From the IMG/VR virus record IMGVR_UViG_3300010281_000001, positions 1 to 50,591 of that record: a DNA stretch of 50,591 nt; one strand, given 5' to 3'. A program made the translations under genes and the position numbers. Origin of the DNA: a virus (taxonomy: Duplodnaviria > Caudoviricetes). This document shows, one piece after another, positions 46,218-50,591 of this stretch. The stretch's first letter is position 1, and every line of letters starts with the position of its first letter. The notes beneath the pieces were generated by a model. The model saw nothing but the letters and a program-made list of their open reading frames with translations. It did not search any database and had not been told where the DNA came from.

Positions 46218-47310
46218 AATAAAATCAGGTTTTATTTATGAATCTGATTTTAGCTCACTAAGTACAAAATGGGAAATAAGTGATATAAATAGAATTATTT
46301 TAGATAATGGTTTACACATAAAAAGTGGAGATACTCCCTTCTATATGTTTTTCAACCAATTAACTAATGAGAAACAATTTGTAATAGATATGAAAAACAC
46401 ATATAATCCTACTAAAGATGGGGAAGTAGGTGGAATAATAGTATTTGCAGATGAAGATAATTTTATATCTTTAGAGGAGTACTATGATGAAAAGAAGGGG
46501 GTAGTTAATACCTACCCCTGGTTAAGACTTGTTAGAGATTATAATATTTATTCTGGGTATTGGTCTGATGATGGAAAACAGTGGGAATTAGTAGGTACAC
46601 ATAATTTTGGAGAGTTATCCCCTAAAATCGGTATATTTTTAGATAGTAAAGAAGAGAATATGTTAATTGAATATGTTAGGATATTTAGAAGTCCTTATTT
46701 AACAGTACACAATCCCCCACCAAGAAGTAAAATTCAATTAGTAGGGCGGGATGGAGTGTTGAAGTCAATGATCTGTCCCGTACATTATCCTAAAATTGCG
46801 TTTCCTGTTTCTAGTTATGGAGTACCTTTTGAGGGGAGATTTGTATGGGAATCTGAAGATGGCCATTATGTAGAGACGGAATTTCTTAGAGATTTATGGG
46901 GTGGGGATGAGTTTAAGTTCCAAATAAGTTTAGATTTATATTATAAGGTAGGGGAAGAGTTTAAACGAGTAGAGGCAAATGAGGAAGAGTTTTTAGGGCA
47001 TATAAATACCTTCAACCCTGAGGATTTATATAAGAGAAAAATATTAATGAAAGTAAAAAACCCTCATCATTATCAATTCTATAATGTAAGTATCGAGGTA
47101 GGTAAATATAAAGATTTTGAGGATTATTTAAACTATGTAGGGATTTCGTTAGATGAGAATGGGGAATATAAACGAAAAATAGATCTAGGTTCAGTAGAAC
47201 CCCTTTCAGAGAAATATTTTTGGTTGGAATTAAAAAGGTCTACAGAAACAGATATTGGCATAGATGAGATTTATTTTAGCTTAAAGGTAAATTCAAATGT
47301 AGATTTATAG
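46201..47310 (+). CDS. ConA-like beta-sandwich protein, possibly carbohydrate-binding
   Basis: WLRLVR..N.YSGYWS.DGK.W pattern like xylosidase C-terminal domains; ATG 46201. Confidence 0.6.
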   Translation: MSVVTKIKSGFIYESDFSSLSTKWEISDINRIILDNGLHIKSGDTPFYMFFNQLTNEKQFVIDMKNTYNPTKDGEVGGIIVFADEDNFISLEEYYDEKKGVVNTYPWLRLVRDYNIYSGYWSDDGKQWELVGTHNFGELSPKIGIFLDSKEENMLIEYVRIFRSPYLTVHNPPPRSKIQLVGRDGVLKSMICPVHYPKIAFPVSSYGVPFEGRFVWESEDGHYVETEFLRDLWGGDEFKFQISLDLYYKVGEEFKRVEANEEEFLGHINTFNPEDLYKRKILMKVKNPHHYQFYNVSIEVGKYKDFEDYLNYVGISLDENGEYKRKIDLGSVEPLSEKYFWLELKRSTETDIGIDEIYFSLKVNSNVDL

Positions 47311-47339
47311 TTGGAATTGGATGGAAAATGTTATATAAT
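47311..47339 (+). promoter_or_regulatory. host sigma-A-type promoter
   Basis: TTGGAA-N17-TATAAT. Confidence 0.65.
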
Positions 47340-47369
47340 ATACAAAAAAGCAAAAGGGGGAATTTTACT

Positions 47370-48029
47370 ATGAAAAACTTTGTAAAGGGATTTTTAGTAG
47401 CAACTTTAATTTTTGCGGTAACTTTAACTGGTTTTGCTGCTAGTAAAAAACAGAGTATTCAAGTAGAGCTAAATCCTGCAACTATTAAAGTTAAAGGTGA
47501 TGTAAAAAATATTGACCATTTTATTTACAATGGAACTACTTATGTACCAATAAGAGCAATAACAGAAATGCTAGATGTTGAAGTGAATTGGGATGGCACT
47601 AATAATACTATATCTATAAATAAATGGGAGCCTAGAATGGAGTGGGCTGTAGCAAAATATAGACCTATAGATGGAGGTTACAAAGTAGATGAAGAATATG
47701 AAGCTTTCTTAGAAGAGATTACACAAGAATTAGATAAATTTATATCATATTTAGAATATATAGATTTAGGTAGTAGGCAGTTAGATTATGATGAAATTAA
47801 AGAACTTGAAATACAGAGAGGAAAAATAGAAGAGAAATTCTATTCTATGCCATTTGGTGTAGACTATAGAACAGCAGCATTTCGTTTCTTAAAAGCATTA
47901 GACTATGTTGAAACAGCCATTTATAGAAGCTATGAAAATACATCAATCAACTATAGTAAGGAGAGGGTAAAGCAGGATTTAGAAAATGCTAGGTTTTATA
48001 ACGATATAACTCTTGCAATTGGATTATAA
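47370..48029 (+). CDS. secreted stalk-domain (copper amine oxidase N-terminal-like) protein
   Basis: Signal peptide MKNFVKGFLVATLIFAVTLTGFA; FIYNGTTYVPIRAITEML...VNWD..NNTI.I. Confidence 0.8.
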   Translation: MKNFVKGFLVATLIFAVTLTGFAASKKQSIQVELNPATIKVKGDVKNIDHFIYNGTTYVPIRAITEMLDVEVNWDGTNNTISINKWEPRMEWAVAKYRPIDGGYKVDEEYEAFLEEITQELDKFISYLEYIDLGSRQLDYDEIKELEIQRGKIEEKFYSMPFGVDYRTAAFRFLKALDYVETAIYRSYENTSINYSKERVKQDLENARFYNDITLAIGL

Positions 48030-48041
48030 GGGTGTGATTTA

Positions 48042-49175
48042 ATGTCTGTACGTTTCGCTAAGTCAGGCTTTAATATAATAAAAGATCATAATGAGTTAAT
48101 TAATAAAGGTAGAAGAACTCATGAAGAATTAGACTATATAGCTGATGAAGTAGAGGAGGCAAGGGGAGGCTTTGCCTCCCTTAATGATAGATTATTAGAC
48201 ATTATCAGTAGAATAGGTACTGGTGGGGGAGATGGAGGAAACTGTATCGGTACACTTTCTTACATTTATTATGTATATAAATGTGAAGAAGATGGAATAA
48301 CCAACGTTAGATTGGATAAGGGTTATTTTGTTAAAGGTAGAGATGAGTTAGAAGTATTTCGTGGCGGATTGAGGCAGATAATAGAAGATGATTATATCGA
48401 GGTAGATGATAGAGAAATCCAATTCCTAGATCCCCTAAATGCGGGGGAAATAGTTGTAATGAGAGTTAGGGATAGATTAGGTATAGCTAATAGTTTAGGA
48501 TTTCATTCTGAATACATTATTACAACTGAAGAAACTAAAGATTTTATACTAAATTATAAGTTCGATAAAGAAGGAAAATGGTTGGAAGTTTATCTTAATG
48601 GACTTTTACAAAGTTTAGGAGAAGATTATGTTATATTAACAACAAATTCTATTAGATTTACTGAAAAAGTTCCAAGGGGCTCTTTAGTATATTTTAAGAT
48701 AGCAGATAAAGGCATGAACGAAGAGCCTGTAATTATTCAAGAGAAATTTATCGCCGAAGATGGGCGTTTAGAATATAAATTATCTAGGTTTAATTATAAT
48801 CCTGGAAGAAATGAACTTGAAATCTATGTAAATGGGATTATTCAAACTAAAGGGGTAGACTATGAAGAAACTTCTAATTTTTCTTTTAGATTTATAAAAC
48901 CTATACCTCAAGGATCAGTTATTTTAGCATGTAAAGAAAATGCTGGATATACTAAATCGAGTCACTTGCATTGTTACGGAATTATACCTATAGGAGTTGT
49001 TGACGGACAAAATAGGGAATTTCTTTTACCTCATATTCCCCAAGAGGGAAGTTTATTAGCTTATGTGGGTGGTATTAGGCAAGGATTAGAAAATTATATA
49101 GTAGAAGGCAATAAATTAATTTTTAATTACCCACCACCAAAAGGTACCGATATGTTTGTTGATTATGTAATATAG
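48042..49175 (+). CDS. tail fibre-like protein with four beta-repeat domains
   Basis: EVEEARG...SLNDRL, then repeats LEV(Y/F).(N/G)G..Q..G.DY.E.....I.F..P...G..V like those in 25743-27167. Confidence 0.65.
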   Translation: MSVRFAKSGFNIIKDHNELINKGRRTHEELDYIADEVEEARGGFASLNDRLLDIISRIGTGGGDGGNCIGTLSYIYYVYKCEEDGITNVRLDKGYFVKGRDELEVFRGGLRQIIEDDYIEVDDREIQFLDPLNAGEIVVMRVRDRLGIANSLGFHSEYIITTEETKDFILNYKFDKEGKWLEVYLNGLLQSLGEDYVILTTNSIRFTEKVPRGSLVYFKIADKGMNEEPVIIQEKFIAEDGRLEYKLSRFNYNPGRNELEIYVNGIIQTKGVDYEETSNFSFRFIKPIPQGSVILACKENAGYTKSSHLHCYGIIPIGVVDGQNREFLLPHIPQEGSLLAYVGGIRQGLENYIVEGNKLIFNYPPPKGTDMFVDYVI

Positions 49176-49187
49176 GGAGGTGGTAGT

Positions 49188-49769
49188 ATGGCCACAAGAC
49201 CACATTTATCACAAATACAAAGCAGTGATCCTAAATATAAAAATCTTTTAGAGGAAATAATAAGTATAAATTCAAATATCCAAGATTTAAGTGCTCTAAG
49301 TACTAATGCGATTGTTGATTCCTATGAAGATTTGATTAATTTAGAAGATAGACAGATAGGTTTTTATCTAGTTAGAACCGATGAAACTTATAGAAATAAT
49401 CCTACTCATTATTTTTATAATGGTACAGATTTTAAAATGGTGGGTGGGAAGATACCTGATGGAATATTAAAGAAAACTGTTGTATTTTTTATTAAGAGGC
49501 TTAATGAGATAGGGCAGAGCATGAAATTATATGTTCCATATAAAGGCTATATAAGTAATATTTCTGTTTGTACTTTAGGTGAGTATGAATTAAGTTTTAA
49601 GCTGTTAAGTGGGGATGAATTGATAGATGAATTCGAGGTTAATTCGGCCTTAATGGGTTGGGATGTTTATTATGAAGTTAATCATCCTATCTTAACATTA
49701 GAGCTAACAGGTGGAGAGGTAGGAATACAAAATATAAACGTTAATGTGGATATTATAGTTGAAGAATAA
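49188..49769 (+). CDS. hypothetical tail-region protein
   Basis: SD GGGAGGT; synteny. Confidence 0.6.
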   Translation: MATRPHLSQIQSSDPKYKNLLEEIISINSNIQDLSALSTNAIVDSYEDLINLEDRQIGFYLVRTDETYRNNPTHYFYNGTDFKMVGGKIPDGILKKTVVFFIKRLNEIGQSMKLYVPYKGYISNISVCTLGEYELSFKLLSGDELIDEFEVNSALMGWDVYYEVNHPILTLELTGGEVGIQNINVNVDIIVEE

Positions 49770-49802
49770 AAGATTTAAGTTATTGTAAATATCGGTTTAA
49801 AC

Positions 49803-49833
49803 TGATAGGTGCTGTGCTATTTAACCTAAACTA
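49803..49833 (+). promoter_or_regulatory. putative phage late promoter
   Basis: TGATA-N17-CCTAAACTA. Confidence 0.65.
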
Positions 49834-49858
49834 CTGTGTAGAAAGGAGTGGGTTAAAT

Positions 49859-50317
49859 ATGTCAACAGCACCTATTATTTCTTGGTATGAAGCAGATAAT
49901 GAGACTGTTTTAAGTCAATGGGATATAGGCATAGTTGATGCAGGAACTACGAGTCCTGAAAAGACTATTTTAATATGGAATAACCGTGGTGGGACAGAGG
50001 ATGTTAGTGATATGCAGGAGACTAAAATAACAACTACGGATAATCAGGGGGATGTATTAGATTTAGTAAAAGATAAATGGATTGAATGTCGAGTAGATAG
50101 CATACCAGGTGATAGTTTTACAGCCATAGGCGGGGAAGAAGCGAAAGAGATAAGAGCAGAAGGTCAAGCAGAAGGAATTATAAAAGGTACAGCTAATGCT
50201 GCTTTATTAGAAGATACTGCAAATTATGCTAAAGTTACTTTGAGAGCCAAACCTCCTTTAAACTCACCAGCAGGACAGAGAAACTTTAAAGTTCGTGTAA
50301 GTTACTATTATACTTAA
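49859..50317 (+). CDS. hypothetical beta-rich structural protein
   Basis: ATG 49859 after SD AAGGAG; own late-promoter motif. Confidence 0.65.
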   Translation: MSTAPIISWYEADNETVLSQWDIGIVDAGTTSPEKTILIWNNRGGTEDVSDMQETKITTTDNQGDVLDLVKDKWIECRVDSIPGDSFTAIGGEEAKEIRAEGQAEGIIKGTANAALLEDTANYAKVTLRAKPPLNSPAGQRNFKVRVSYYYT

Positions 50318-50324
50318 TATTTAT

Positions 50325-50591
50325 CTAAAAATAGCAAGAATACTCCCATCTTCTATAAGTGGGAGATGAATTGCTAGAATATATTATAAAAGAAAGGGGT
50401 GATATACTTGAAAACCATATTAAGAGCCTATAAATATAGATTATACCCTAACAAGAAACAACAAGAGCTAATCAATAAAACGATTGGATGTTGCAGATTT
50501 GTATATAACTACTATCTTAACAAGAAAATTGAACTATATAAGGTAGAGCAAAAATCTATGAGTTATAATGCTTGTGCTAATGATTTAAAAT
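50325..50591 (+). mobile_element. IS200/IS605 tnpB-only element, left part (runs off the window)
   Basis: LE CTAAAAATAGCAAGAATACTCCCATCTTCTATAAGTGGGAG preceded by TTTAT; tnpB follows directly. Confidence 0.85.
50408..50591 (+). CDS. tnpB: TnpB N-terminus, truncated by the window end
   Basis: TTG start; MKTILRAYKYRLYPNKKQQELINKTIGCCRFVYN. Confidence 0.88.
   Translation, partial: MKTILRAYKYRLYPNKKQQELINKTIGCCRFVYNYYLNKKIELYKVEQKSMSYNACANDLK

Noticed and set aside
41426-49769. Diversity-generating retroelement acting on tail-tip genes
   Set aside because: No reverse transcriptase and no near-identical TR/VR pair visible in this window
1-50591. Genome-wide stop-codon reassignment
   Set aside because: Long ORFs are intact in code 11; TAG ends many genes and TGA is a normal stop at 3937, 13401 and 41264

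Overview
AT-rich window that is almost entirely the + strand virion-morphogenesis region of a large long-tailed (siphovirus-like) phage or prophage of a Gram-positive host. The host is probably an S-layer-bearing Clostridia/Bacillota member (inferred from SLH and stalk domains). Gene order: two minus-strand tRNA genes (Asn, Trp), terS, terL, metallophosphoesterase, an inserted replication-initiator-like gene, portal, protease/scaffold, cement, major capsid, neck genes, major tail protein, tail chaperones, a 2703-aa tape measure, SLH-bearing tail-tip proteins, a two-enzyme tail lysin, large tail/baseplate proteins, PhoH, a secreted stalk-domain gene and fibre-like genes. Five IS200/IS605/IS607-derived pieces are superimposed. 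Main observations from the sequence: (1) an IS607 element whose precise removal fuses two ORFs into one 2299-aa gene, with a TnpB guide aimed at the restored allele; (2) an in-frame UGA joining the major tail protein to an Ig/PEGA-like extension; (3) a tRNA-Trp whose 5' strand is also a transposon-end hairpin; (4) a protein-free omegaRNA mini-element behind tandem promoter-like motifs; (5) a six-copy late-promoter-like motif GWTA-N17/18-CCTAWACTA, two copies inside genes; (6) SLH motifs split 1+2 over two adjacent tail proteins; (7) a classical -1 chaperone frameshift. All product calls come from motif recognition and synteny; no database searches were run.
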